This document shows positions 1 through 9,002 of a stretch of DNA of 64,000 bases, one piece after another. Origin of the DNA: Epithemia pelagica. Taxonomy: Eukaryota > Protista > Bacillariophyta. The notes beneath the pieces were generated by a model that saw only the letters and a program-made list of their open reading frames with translations, was not told the origin of the DNA and did not search any database. The stretch is from assembly GCA_946965045.2 (NCBI GenBank), contig OX337234.1, forward strand, positions 2,852,001 to 2,916,000, read 5' to 3'. The first letter of the stretch is position 1, and every line of letters begins with the position of its first letter. A program made the position numbers and the translations under genes.

Positions 1-815
1 ATATTTTTCTTCGCACAAGCAACATGTAGTGCCCTGGCTCGTGCCAATGACCCGCCTTGGCCCATCAATCGAGCAATATCTGCTTGGTACAAATTAGGGT
101 TGCCATTGGAAGAATATTGACCTGGCCGATCAATGATCTCGCGTATCTGGGCATCCACTCCAGTTGGAGGTGACGTTTCCGGGGCCTCCAGAAATGGTAT
201 TGTCGCAGCTTCATCATGAGACTTCAACGGTTGTCTCCAATGACCATGAGCCGCCACCAGGAATCGGTCACCACCTTCACTTACAAGGGCACTATCCTGG
301 AAGAAACCGTTGCGGAGAAACTGAATCGCATGGTTTCTAGTCTCCGCATGCTTTGATTCCAAGATGAATATACACGAAGAAGTGCTCCATGCACCATACC
401 GGGAAGCGTTTCCCCTGATAAAAGGATGATGCAGCAACTTTCTCAAGGCATACGTCCCCACATTGGAAGATCCATTGGCTCTGAACTCTTGATTTACATC
501 AAGCGAGCTGATGTAAAGAAAGTCAAACTCCATGTCATCACCTTCCTGCACAAGAGATACAAGCTTGCTCCTGCCGTAACGAGGTTCAAAGAGACTCACG
601 GCGACATATTGCATGTCGGCGCTATGGTCATCCATCACAGAGTAAAAGCATCGCTCGGGGATTTTATTTCGGTCGACAATTGTCCCCCTTACGTTTCCAG
701 CAGCTTTCCCATTTACGAAAATGTCAACATTAATTGCCGTCATGGAATCGTACTCTCCATCAGAGTCAAGCTCATGCTTAAGGCTGATGGTGACATCTTG
801 TTCTGCGATATTCAT
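1..815 (-). CDS. Hypothetical protein, 3'-truncated by the window edge, possibly running into ankyrin repeats
   Basis: Hand-translated open frame from ATG at 815 (MNIAEQDVTISLKHELDSDGEYDSMTAINVDIF...) to the window start with no stop. It ends in ...SLARARALHVACAKKN, an ankyrin-like ALHxAC motif. It is absent from the ORF track because its stop lies outside the window. Confidence 0.65.
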   Translation of the reverse strand, partial: MNIAEQDVTISLKHELDSDGEYDSMTAINVDIFVNGKAAGNVRGTIVDRNKIPERCFYSVMDDHSADMQYVAVSLFEPRYGRSKLVSLVQEGDDMEFDFLYISSLDVNQEFRANGSSNVGTYALRKLLHHPFIRGNASRYGAWSTSSCIFILESKHAETRNHAIQFLRNGFFQDSALVSEGGDRFLVAAHGHWRQPLKSHDEAATIPFLEAPETSPPTGVDAQIREIIDRPGQYSSNGNPNLYQADIARLMGQGGSLARARALHVACAKKN

Positions 816-1078
816 GTCGCAACTCAGCAATATGACCAGAGAAAAGAATAGGTCTAAGGTTAGATATGACGACACGGATACGCGCATGCAGCCGCAAAGG
901 AAACGCGACTAAGTGGATCCATGGCATTGTAGATGGAGCTCAGCTGGTATCGAAGGCCAATGACGACGAAAAGCGCCTTTTGGGCCTCAACAAACGCGTC
1001 TATTTCATACTCCTAGTATTTGCATTCCAATATCCCTCCTTTCTCGCTTACTTTAGTTATCTCTCGCACCGAATCACT

Positions 1079-1831
1079 ATGGAGGATTCCTTTTGGACAG
1101 TGGTGTGGCGTGTGTCGATGTGGTTTCTGTTGGTGGTGGTCTTTCAAGTGGCCGTGGCACAGGTCTCAATCTTCCAAAATCAGAGCAAGGAAGCCAAACG
1201 TCGTTGGCAACATGCCATTACCGGTCATTTGTTGGTTCAAATATCCTACATTTTGCCATTAAGCATCTCGATTGGTGCCTTGTTGGTGGGTGCCAGTGGC
1301 ATTGCCTACCTGTGCTACTGTCAGCCCACCGTCTATTTGCAACACTTTGGACCACTGCTGCGGGCTGAAGAAACTACGGCGACAACAACGACAAAATCCT
1401 CGAAAAATCAAGGTGTCCCTATTACAGGACGATTGAGGCTTCCAGGAGCGTTTTATTTTTTAATTGGAACCGCCCTCACAGCCTGGATGTGTCCACTCAT
1501 GGAAGCTCGATATGCGGTGGAATGTTTGGCCTTGGCCGATCCCATGGCGGCCTGGATGGGACAAGTCATTGAGTCTCCCAAATTTCATGCCAAGGCGTCA
1601 TGGAGTGGATGTACAGCCTGTTTTGTGACAGCCTATGTGACCGGACTATTGTTTCTAAACGACCAGGATAGTGACAAGGATGAAACGCGTTTCTTCTATA
1701 CCACGTTTTTGCGACCCATGGTGGGAGCCTTGGCCTGTACCATTGCCGAAGCCATGCCCTGGGGAAACGACAATTTACTCATTCCGCTCATCACGGGAGC
1801 CGCGGTGACCTTTGTCGTACCGAGAAACTAG
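1079..1831 (+). CDS. Phytol/farnesol/dolichol kinase-like membrane protein (cytidylyltransferase/CTP_transf_1 superfamily)
   Basis: Multi-TM ORF (track 866..1831; likely ATG 1079) with ALADPMAAWMG, KASWSGCTACF and AEAMPWGNDNLLIPL motifs typical of polyprenol kinases. Confidence 0.75.
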   Translation: MEDSFWTVVWRVSMWFLLVVVFQVAVAQVSIFQNQSKEAKRRWQHAITGHLLVQISYILPLSISIGALLVGASGIAYLCYCQPTVYLQHFGPLLRAEETTATTTTKSSKNQGVPITGRLRLPGAFYFLIGTALTAWMCPLMEARYAVECLALADPMAAWMGQVIESPKFHAKASWSGCTACFVTAYVTGLLFLNDQDSDKDETRFFYTTFLRPMVGALACTIAEAMPWGNDNLLIPLITGAAVTFVVPRN

Positions 1832-2124
1832 GATTGTCTGTTTGCTTCGCCGGGTCGCACTGAGCATGACAGAATCCACAACATTTTTCCCTGCCAAGGG
1901 TCCAGGAAGACACACCAAATACCAATAGCATCCAGGGAATAGGTCGCTGCAAGGTATGCCAAAAAATCTTGCTTTGGTGCCTCTTTATCATGATTGTTCA
2001 GCACTGGAACCAACCAAGAAAAAATGGAATAACTTTCATGACCATCATCACCCGTATTTCTCTCCTTTGAAGAATGCTTCCAGTATCCATGTTACGGCAC
2101 TGGAGAGTTGTCATCCAACGCCAG

Positions 2125-2676
2125 CTATACGGATTTTTTGTGAAAACATTGACCTGCTCCCATTCGCAAGACCGCTTCGGCACCTCCCAAACTTTGCAGC
2201 ATTCCACGAGGCAAAAATCCAGTTTCACAGACGCATCTCCATTGTGTTGGACGATTGTCTTCACTGCTGCTGTTGCTATTATTGGGGATAAAGACGTTGA
2301 AGTTTGGGCTGTTCTTGGTTTGCAAGAGTTCTTGTTGGAGTGCGGCAATCCGTTGCGAGGCGTCTTGTGTTTCAGGGATTGTTGTTGTACGGGTAGACTT
2401 GGACGATTGGATCGAAACAGAGGGCGTAATATCGTCCTCTGGTTGGGCAACAACAACCTCTTTGGACGAAGCGGGAGGGTCGTCGTTGCGTTTCTGTCCT
2501 TCGTCCGATGCGAAGGTGTCGTCGTCGTTGGGCTTCAATAGTGTTTGGGAGGACGATGCCTTTTCCACTTCTTTCGGCGGCAGAGAGGATGAGCCACCAT
2601 TCCACCACAAGGCCGAGAACAGCCGTGGTAGAACCAATACAAGGAACGCCACAACCACAAGCCAATGGCCGTCCAT
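2125..2676 (-). CDS. Hypothetical protein with N-terminal signal/TM segment
   Basis: Hydrophobic N-terminus (WLVVVAFLVLVLP), low-complexity middle, and a compact C-terminal motif WRCVCETGFLPRGMLQSLGGAEAVLRMGAGQCFH. Confidence 0.55.
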   Translation of the reverse strand: MDGHWLVVVAFLVLVLPRLFSALWWNGGSSSLPPKEVEKASSSQTLLKPNDDDTFASDEGQKRNDDPPASSKEVVVAQPEDDITPSVSIQSSKSTRTTTIPETQDASQRIAALQQELLQTKNSPNFNVFIPNNSNSSSEDNRPTQWRCVCETGFLPRGMLQSLGGAEAVLRMGAGQCFHKKSV

Positions 2677-2828
2677 CGTCGCTACTCAATATTGCAGCAC
2701 TATGACGTCGAAAATGCGGTCGTATTTTTGGCGAATCATTGGTCGCCTTAAGGTCGTTCAATCTGTTCAGTCGCATACTATTAGACTGGATCTTTCGGCA
2801 ACAAGGAAAAGATCTTTCAGCAACAACG

Positions 2829-3953
2829 ATGTCGACTCTCCCATGCATCGGTCGCCATCCTGATGGCTTTTGCTGCTCATTGAAAAGGCTAGCATCAAAT
2901 GCCGCTGTCATTTTATGGCTCTTTTCTTTCACAATCACCGTACAAGGAACGATCGCATCCACCAAGGATTCCTCACAACCAAAACAACAAACACGCATTC
3001 ATGGAACGCTTTTGTCGCATCATCGTCCGACACGAGATCGTGTTTCGCAATGGTTTGGAAGCGAGTTTTCTGCGGTATTCAATCATGCCACGGCGGGTAT
3101 GACGCATCCATTATCGTTGCATCCTCCCCAGGAACGCCACGATGGAGGAGGCGGGAGACCAACCACCAACCGCACATGGTTACCACTGGATGATGATGAT
3201 GATAATGAAGCAATGCATTCTCTGTGGTGGCCACGTAAACCGCCCGTTTCGTCGTCGTGGAGAGTCTTGTGCTATCGTCAACGTGTGGGATATGGACGTC
3301 AGTGTTATCAGAAAGTAAAGCGAGCCGTTCTCAATATGGAATTTTCCAATAAACACCAGAGCAAAGGCATGGTGGCCGTCGTTCCTGACGACAAGAAGAA
3401 CAACCATGAGACTCACCGTAGTAAAAGCCCTGCACAATGGCCCTTGTGGTGGTCGAGAAGGAACCGGCCTTTGCAAAACCCTTCCTTTCATCCGCTTTGT
3501 CGCATGGCAACCTATGCTCGCCTTGGACCCACGCCTGGATGCTGTCTCTACGTGGTGAATCCGGGTGCCCTCGTGTACCAAGTGGTGGATTATCATCCGG
3601 GCGACCATCGCCCACGACAACGACAAGAGACGAAACAAGAACAGAAAAGACCGGTTGTCTTGGTGACCTCCTCTGCCTTTGCCACACTGGCAGGACATTG
3701 GTTGTGTGGAGAAGAACGAGTTTCTGTCCTCTTGCGACATCCATCGACTCAACGACGGCTCGTTCGATGGATTTTGGGGCAAAACCAACAACAAGACGAT
3801 GACTACGATGCCGTCGATGTCGAGGTGTTGAGTGTTTCTCGGGCTGCGACCGATACGGTATGGGGCAGGATTGCTTGGCCCTTTATCGGTCCCATGCAAG
3901 ATTCGTTTTTTCAGCAACAACTGACGGCCTTGCAACGTGCGGCTGTAGCATAA
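2829..3953 (+). CDS. DUF1990 (UPF0548) domain protein
   Basis: Motifs RVGYGRQCYQKVKRAV, YATLAGHWLCGEERVSV (seen as FATLAGHWLCGEERVSV), VEVLSVSRA and AWPFIGPMQDSFF. The start codon is uncertain. Confidence 0.7.
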   Translation: MSTLPCIGRHPDGFCCSLKRLASNAAVILWLFSFTITVQGTIASTKDSSQPKQQTRIHGTLLSHHRPTRDRVSQWFGSEFSAVFNHATAGMTHPLSLHPPQERHDGGGGRPTTNRTWLPLDDDDDNEAMHSLWWPRKPPVSSSWRVLCYRQRVGYGRQCYQKVKRAVLNMEFSNKHQSKGMVAVVPDDKKNNHETHRSKSPAQWPLWWSRRNRPLQNPSFHPLCRMATYARLGPTPGCCLYVVNPGALVYQVVDYHPGDHRPRQRQETKQEQKRPVVLVTSSAFATLAGHWLCGEERVSVLLRHPSTQRRLVRWILGQNQQQDDDYDAVDVEVLSVSRAATDTVWGRIAWPFIGPMQDSFFQQQLTALQRAAVA

Positions 3954-4072
3954 TATCATGTCTTTGTACAGTCATATCCTGTATTTTCTATACCAAATAC
4001 CTAAAAAACTGGACTGGCATTCTTATCATTAACTTCGGTAGGCTGTGATGAATGAAAGTGCAAAGGGACCCC

Positions 4073-7000
4073 TCATCTTTGCACGGCTGTTTTGTCGGTA
4101 GAACCTCTCAAGTTTGTTTTCACCGCGGCATCGCTTTTAACTGATGCATCATCCTTATTGCCTTCCTCATCCTCTAATGGTGGTGGTTCGTGATGTGGCT
4201 CCACCTTTTCGGTGTCTCCATCCTCCGTCACAGACTTTTTGCTATCATCTTGTTGTTCAACAGTCTTGGACTCTGTCTGTTCCGCGGAATTGGCACCAGT
4301 GGTTTTCGTTTTGTCCGTGGCGGTGTTGGCCTCTGCTTGTTTAGTGGTGTCCTCTTCTGCTGTAGTCATTATTTTAGTATCGTCTTTGACCGCCTTTGAC
4401 GCTCCTTGTTTGTTTGCGTCATCAGCTGTAGTCTTTTTGGTTTCATCTTCGGCGGTCTTTAACTCAACCACCTTTGTCGTGTCTTCAGTCGGAGTCTTTT
4501 TGGTTTCATCTTCGGCGGCCTTCGACTCAACCGCCTTTGTCGTGTCTTCAGTCGGTGTCTTTTTGGTTTCATCTTCGGCAGTCTTTGACTCAACCACTTT
4601 TGTCCTGTCTTCAGTCGGTGTCTTTTTGGTTTCGTCTTCGTCTTTGGCAGTCTTTGACTCAACAACCTTTGTCGTGTCTTCAGTCGGTGTCTTTTTGGTT
4701 TCGTCTTCGTCTTTAGCAGTCTTTGACTCAACAACCTTTGCCGTGTCTTCAGTCGGTGTCTTTTTGGTTTCGTCTCCGGCGGTCATTGACTCAACCACTT
4801 TTGTCGTGTCTTCAGTTGGTGTCTTTTTGGTTTCGTCTTCGTCTTTAGCAGTCTTTGACTCAACAACCTTTGCCGTGTCTTCCGTCGGTGTCTTTTTGGT
4901 TTCGTCTCCGGCGGTCATTGACTCAACCACTTTTGTCGTGTCTTCAGTCGGTGTCTTTTTGGTTTCGTCTTCGTCTTTAGCAGTCTTTGACTCAACAACC
5001 TTTGTCGTGTCTTCAGTCGGTGTCTTTTTGGTTCCATCTTCGGCGGTTGTTGACTCAACCTCCTTTGTCGTGTCTTCAGTCAGTGTCTTTTTGGTTCCAT
5101 CTTCGGCGGTTGTTGACTCAACCACCTTTGTCGTGTCTTCAGTCGATGTCTTTTTGGTTTCATCTTTGGTTTCATCTTCGGCGGTCTGTGTCTTTTTAGT
5201 TTCATCTTCGGCGGTCATTGACTCAACCACTTTTGTCGTGTCTTCAGTCGGTGTCTTTTTGGTTTCGTCTTCGTCTTTGGCAGTCTTTGACTCAACAACC
5301 TTTGCCGTGTCTTCCGTCGGTGTCTTTTTGGTTTCGTCTTCGGCGGTCTTTGACTCAACCACTTTTGTCGTGTCTTCAGTTGGTGTCTTTTTGGTTTCGT
5401 CTTCGTCTTTAGCAGTCTTTGACTCAACAACCTTTGTCGTGTCTTCAGTCGGCGTCTTTTTGGTTTCATCTTCGGCGGTCTTTGACTCAACCACCTTTGT
5501 CGTGTCTTCAATTGTGGTCTCTTTGGTGTCGTCTTTGACTGTCTTTGACGCAACCGCATTTGTCGTGTCTTCAATTGTGGTCTCTTTGGTGTCGGCATTG
5601 ATTGTATTGGACTCAACCACTTTCTTTGTTTCATCTTCGGTAGTCTTTTTGGTTTCATCAACAGCGTTTGTCTTGACCTCAGACACAGTTGTATTGTCAC
5701 TATGAACATCAACATCTTTTTTTGTTGTATGGACAGCCGTTTCGGTGGTTTCTTTTGTCGACTCTCCATCTTGTGTGGATCCTTCGCCCGTGGTCTTCTT
5801 GTCGTCGTTTTCTTTCAAGGCATCAGGCACTGTGAGCTTGGAACGACTGGTTTCACCCAGTTCCTTGGAAGATTCGACAATCGTTTTGGGATCATTCTCA
5901 TCTGCCACAGTACTACCTTTTTTCGGTTTGTCCTCGCCACCGACAGGCACTTCCTTTTTGGGATCGTCCTCATTATCGCCAGGTCCGATATTTTTCAGTC
6001 CATTATCATCCTCTACAAGAATGAGTTTATCCGGTTTGTCCTTGGTCTGAACAGTCATCTGCCCGGCATCGTCTGGTTGGACCAAGGAGTTGGTCGTTGT
6101 TTGTTTCGTTTCGTCATCCTCCTCTTCTTGCTTCTTTGGGACAGTTTGAATCTCGTTGGGATCCTTTCTAGTGTCATCGACAGGGATCCTTTTCCTGTTC
6201 AAAACTTCAACGACATCTGGATCTTCGTCTTTTCCATCTGGATCGTTCTCTGGATCGTCCTTTTCAAGTTTCTCTGGATCTTCTTTTTCAAGTTTTACTG
6301 GATCGTCTTTTTCATCTTTCTCTGGATCGTCTTTTTCATCTTTCTCTGGATCTTCTTTTTCAAGTTTCTCTGGATCTTCTTTTTCAAGTTTCTCTGGATC
6401 TTCTTTTTCATCTTTCTCTGGATCGTCTTTTTCATCTTTCTCTGGATCGTCTTTTTCATCCTTCTCTGGATCGTCTTTTTCAAGTTTCTCTGGATCGTCC
6501 TTTTCATCTTTCTCTGGATCGTCTTTTTCAATTTTCTCTGGATCGTCTTTTTCAATTTTCTCTGGGTCTTCTTTTTCAATTTTCTCTGGATCTTCTTTTT
6601 CATCTTTCTCTGGGTCGTCTTTTTCATCCTTCTCTGGGTCGTCTTTTTCAAGTTTCTCTTGATCGTCTTTTTCATCTTTCTCTGGATCGTCCTTTTCATC
6701 TTTCTCTGGATCGTCCTTTTCATCTCTCTCTGGATCGTCTTTTTCATCTCTCTCTGGATCGTCTCTTCCTTTTCTAAAGGGACTGTCTAGTTGGTTGTCT
6801 GGATCGTCCTTGGTATCGTCGGGTGTTGGTTCGTCCAGGTCTTGCTCGGCATGTTTCTGGCCGGGCGGTCTTACGAGGAACGAGGCTTGATTTTCGTGGA
6901 GTGCACTCGTTTGGGAACTGTCCTGGGGGGATTGGGAGGAAGATTTTCCACTCCTTGTGGTATCCTCTGTTTTGGTCTTGGTCGAAGACGACGGCGGACT

Positions 7001-7294
7001 CTTTTGCGATTGCGACAGTAAGGACGACGACGAGGCGAGGGTGGTGGGAGTGGGTGGTGGGCCCGCAAACAGGGCATTGTACAAGACAACCACAGCAATA
7101 AACGCCAGGACTGCCAAAAAGGTTGAGGTCACCTTTTTGCCTCCGCCATTCATGCCATTGGGTCGTCGAGGAGACGCCGATCGATATCGGGGATCGGAAT
7201 ATCTCACTTGATGACGCTTTGCTCCCATTGACGACCGTCCCGAGAAGGGATTGTTGGGAATGGTCCGACGAGCACCGCGATGATTCGTCACCAT
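4073..7294 (-). CDS. Type II membrane / signal-anchored protein with long acidic Lys/Thr-rich tandem repeats
   Basis: ~1070-aa ORF: basic N-terminus, one TM (FLAVLAFIAVVVLYNALF), (EKDDP/EKEDP)n array, then a (TTKVVESKTAEDETKKTPTED)n array, ending NLRGS. Confidence 0.8.
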   Translation of the reverse strand: MVTNHRGARRTIPNNPFSGRSSMGAKRHQVRYSDPRYRSASPRRPNGMNGGGKKVTSTFLAVLAFIAVVVLYNALFAGPPPTPTTLASSSSLLSQSQKSPPSSSTKTKTEDTTRSGKSSSQSPQDSSQTSALHENQASFLVRPPGQKHAEQDLDEPTPDDTKDDPDNQLDSPFRKGRDDPERDEKDDPERDEKDDPEKDEKDDPEKDEKDDQEKLEKDDPEKDEKDDPEKDEKEDPEKIEKEDPEKIEKDDPEKIEKDDPEKDEKDDPEKLEKDDPEKDEKDDPEKDEKDDPEKDEKEDPEKLEKEDPEKLEKEDPEKDEKDDPEKDEKDDPVKLEKEDPEKLEKDDPENDPDGKDEDPDVVEVLNRKRIPVDDTRKDPNEIQTVPKKQEEEDDETKQTTTNSLVQPDDAGQMTVQTKDKPDKLILVEDDNGLKNIGPGDNEDDPKKEVPVGGEDKPKKGSTVADENDPKTIVESSKELGETSRSKLTVPDALKENDDKKTTGEGSTQDGESTKETTETAVHTTKKDVDVHSDNTTVSEVKTNAVDETKKTTEDETKKVVESNTINADTKETTIEDTTNAVASKTVKDDTKETTIEDTTKVVESKTAEDETKKTPTEDTTKVVESKTAKDEDETKKTPTEDTTKVVESKTAEDETKKTPTEDTAKVVESKTAKDEDETKKTPTEDTTKVVESMTAEDETKKTQTAEDETKDETKKTSTEDTTKVVESTTAEDGTKKTLTEDTTKEVESTTAEDGTKKTPTEDTTKVVESKTAKDEDETKKTPTEDTTKVVESMTAGDETKKTPTEDTAKVVESKTAKDEDETKKTPTEDTTKVVESMTAGDETKKTPTEDTAKVVESKTAKDEDETKKTPTEDTTKVVESKTAKDEDETKKTPTEDRTKVVESKTAEDETKKTPTEDTTKAVESKAAEDETKKTPTEDTTKVVELKTAEDETKKTTADDANKQGASKAVKDDTKIMTTAEEDTTKQAEANTATDKTKTTGANSAEQTESKTVEQQDDSKKSVTEDGDTEKVEPHHEPPPLEDEEGNKDDASVKSDAAVKTNLRGSTDKTAVQR
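4430..5620. repeat. Coding minisatellite of 63/69-bp units with 132-bp higher-order repeat
   Basis: Recurring TTGACTCAACC...GTCGTGTCTTCAGTCGGTGTCTTTTTGGTTTC. 21-aa and 23-aa units alternate (e.g. identical starts at 4787 and 4919). Confidence 0.9.
6240..6770. repeat. Coding 15-bp tandem repeat (EKDDP-type pentapeptide)
   Basis: ~35 copies of TCTCTGGATCGTCTT/TTTCATCTT-type 15-mers. Confidence 0.9.
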
Positions 7295-7442
7295 AGTAAT
7301 TGATGGAATTGCTGTTTGACTGACACAAACACAAGAGTGCAATTCGAAAGGGTAACTTCAGGAACTGCTCTCTATCGACAGAGGGTACGACGACGACGGC
7401 AATGATGCGCGCATGGAAAAGTCTTTTTTGGTTCGGGGCTTT

Positions 7443-7595
7443 TAAGAAAGTATGTATGTCGTACGTATGAAAATCGAGAAGATAGGGAGTAGTGACTCTG
7501 TAACCTATATTTTAGTTCACTTCTTTGTTTGGAATGACTTTTGTACCCGTGCACCCATGACGGTGCTCCGTATGCTCAACGGACGGGTTTTCTTA
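7443..7595 (+). repeat. 5' LTR (153 bp)
   Basis: TAAGAAAG...TTTTCTTA; identical by eye to 14708-14860; 7-bp terminal inverted repeat TAAGAAA/TTTCTTA. Confidence 0.95.
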
Positions 7596-9002
7596 CAAGC
7601 TGAGTTCAGGGAGTGTGTTCCTGTCGTAGACTCCTGTAGAATTTGTACCAGAGGAGTAATCCTGGAAAGCGTTCTGCGTTATTAGTGTCCGACTAGCGAC
7701 TTCCTAGTGGCTGAAATAAATATTTTATTAACTTTAGTGTAATGTGTGATTTCTTCCGAACGCTAGAATTTCATCAAAAATTACGAAAAAACAGTCGACT
7801 GTGTTGACCATGGTGGAGGGCCATCCCAACCGCAAACGATGTTGCCGAGCTGCATCCATCTCCCTCAGGGTGTTGTTGGACCACCACCAATGGGGCAACA
7901 TCGTTCTCGGTTGGCATCATCCACAACAACATGATCATCGGACGCACCCAACGCACGATAGTCTCGTACAAAACGAAGTTTTTCGGGGGGAACGCGAGAT
8001 TGTCGAGTTTCGGAAGCACTTTGCACAACAGAGGCATAATTATAAGGGCTATATTAACAAAGATGGCTGGCGCGTATTACGTAGATTTCCTACTGGAGCG
8101 CTACGACAGGAACATTCTGTCTGAACTCAGCTTGTAGTTTATCAGACCCAAACCGGTCGATAACATGGAAGTAGACGGTCCAATGCCTGGACAGATGGCT
8201 GCGACCGTTGGCGTAATGCCCCAAGCCTATAAGGCAAACCGACAGATATAACCCAACTGTCGGGGCTCATTGGTTGACCTATTGCACCTGTGAATGGGCT
8301 CGTGCAGGCACAATGATAATGGTACCTTACTATTGTTTGGCGCTACCGTTGTCTGCGAAAAGGTGCGCAGATTGGGGGAATGGCGACGGTCTTCCCTACT
8401 GGATCCATCCCAGTGAACCAGATCCGCCATGGTTGCGGAATTCGAAATCAGAACGCATCCCAAAACCAGTTATATGTGTGATTTGCATTTTACCCTGGGA
8501 AAATGGTCCGGAGAATATTCCTGGGACCAGTCTTCATGTGGATGAAATGGGGGCATGTGTCCGAAACAGCCTTCTCAACGGAAGGGGGGTACTCATTGTT
8601 GCACAGTGCTGAATTTTGGAATAAGTACAGTGTCGCACCGCAACCGTTTGGGACTTGTCTCACATTTTGCGGTTTGTTATCCCTCTGGCCAAGAGCACAT
8701 GAGCTTAGCTCCATGTGAGGCCTTCCACTGCAGGACAAAATATACCTAGACGTGGTCCGGGTGTCTTGTGGAACCGACGAAAAGACTTTTCCGGGCTCCT
8801 AAATGGATCTAGCCAATTAGGGCCAAGATCATGTGGGTTAGGTCTGGCACGACCAATTTTGAGCAACAATCAAGGATTGTGTGCAACCCAGTAGTGGTTC
8901 TACGTAGGTAATGGATTAAAATCATGGCAAAACTCGTCTTGGAAAGCTCACTTTTGAGGAAGTGTTTCAAGAAGTTACGAGTTGATTGTTGTTTTGATTA
9001 CC

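Noticed and set aside
6240-6770. Regular repeat array superficially like CRISPR
   Set aside because: No unique spacers; it is a 15-bp coding tandem repeat in a eukaryotic gene, with no cas genes.
4212-6790. Long plus-strand ORFs (497, 362, 168 aa) rich in S/V/F/W
   Set aside because: Antisense shadows of the tandem-repeat CDS on the minus strand; the repeats simply lack stops.
7774-8124. ORFs of 87-107 aa in the retrotransposon leader as an extra gene
   Set aside because: No recognisable motif; the region is better explained by RNA fold-back symmetry.
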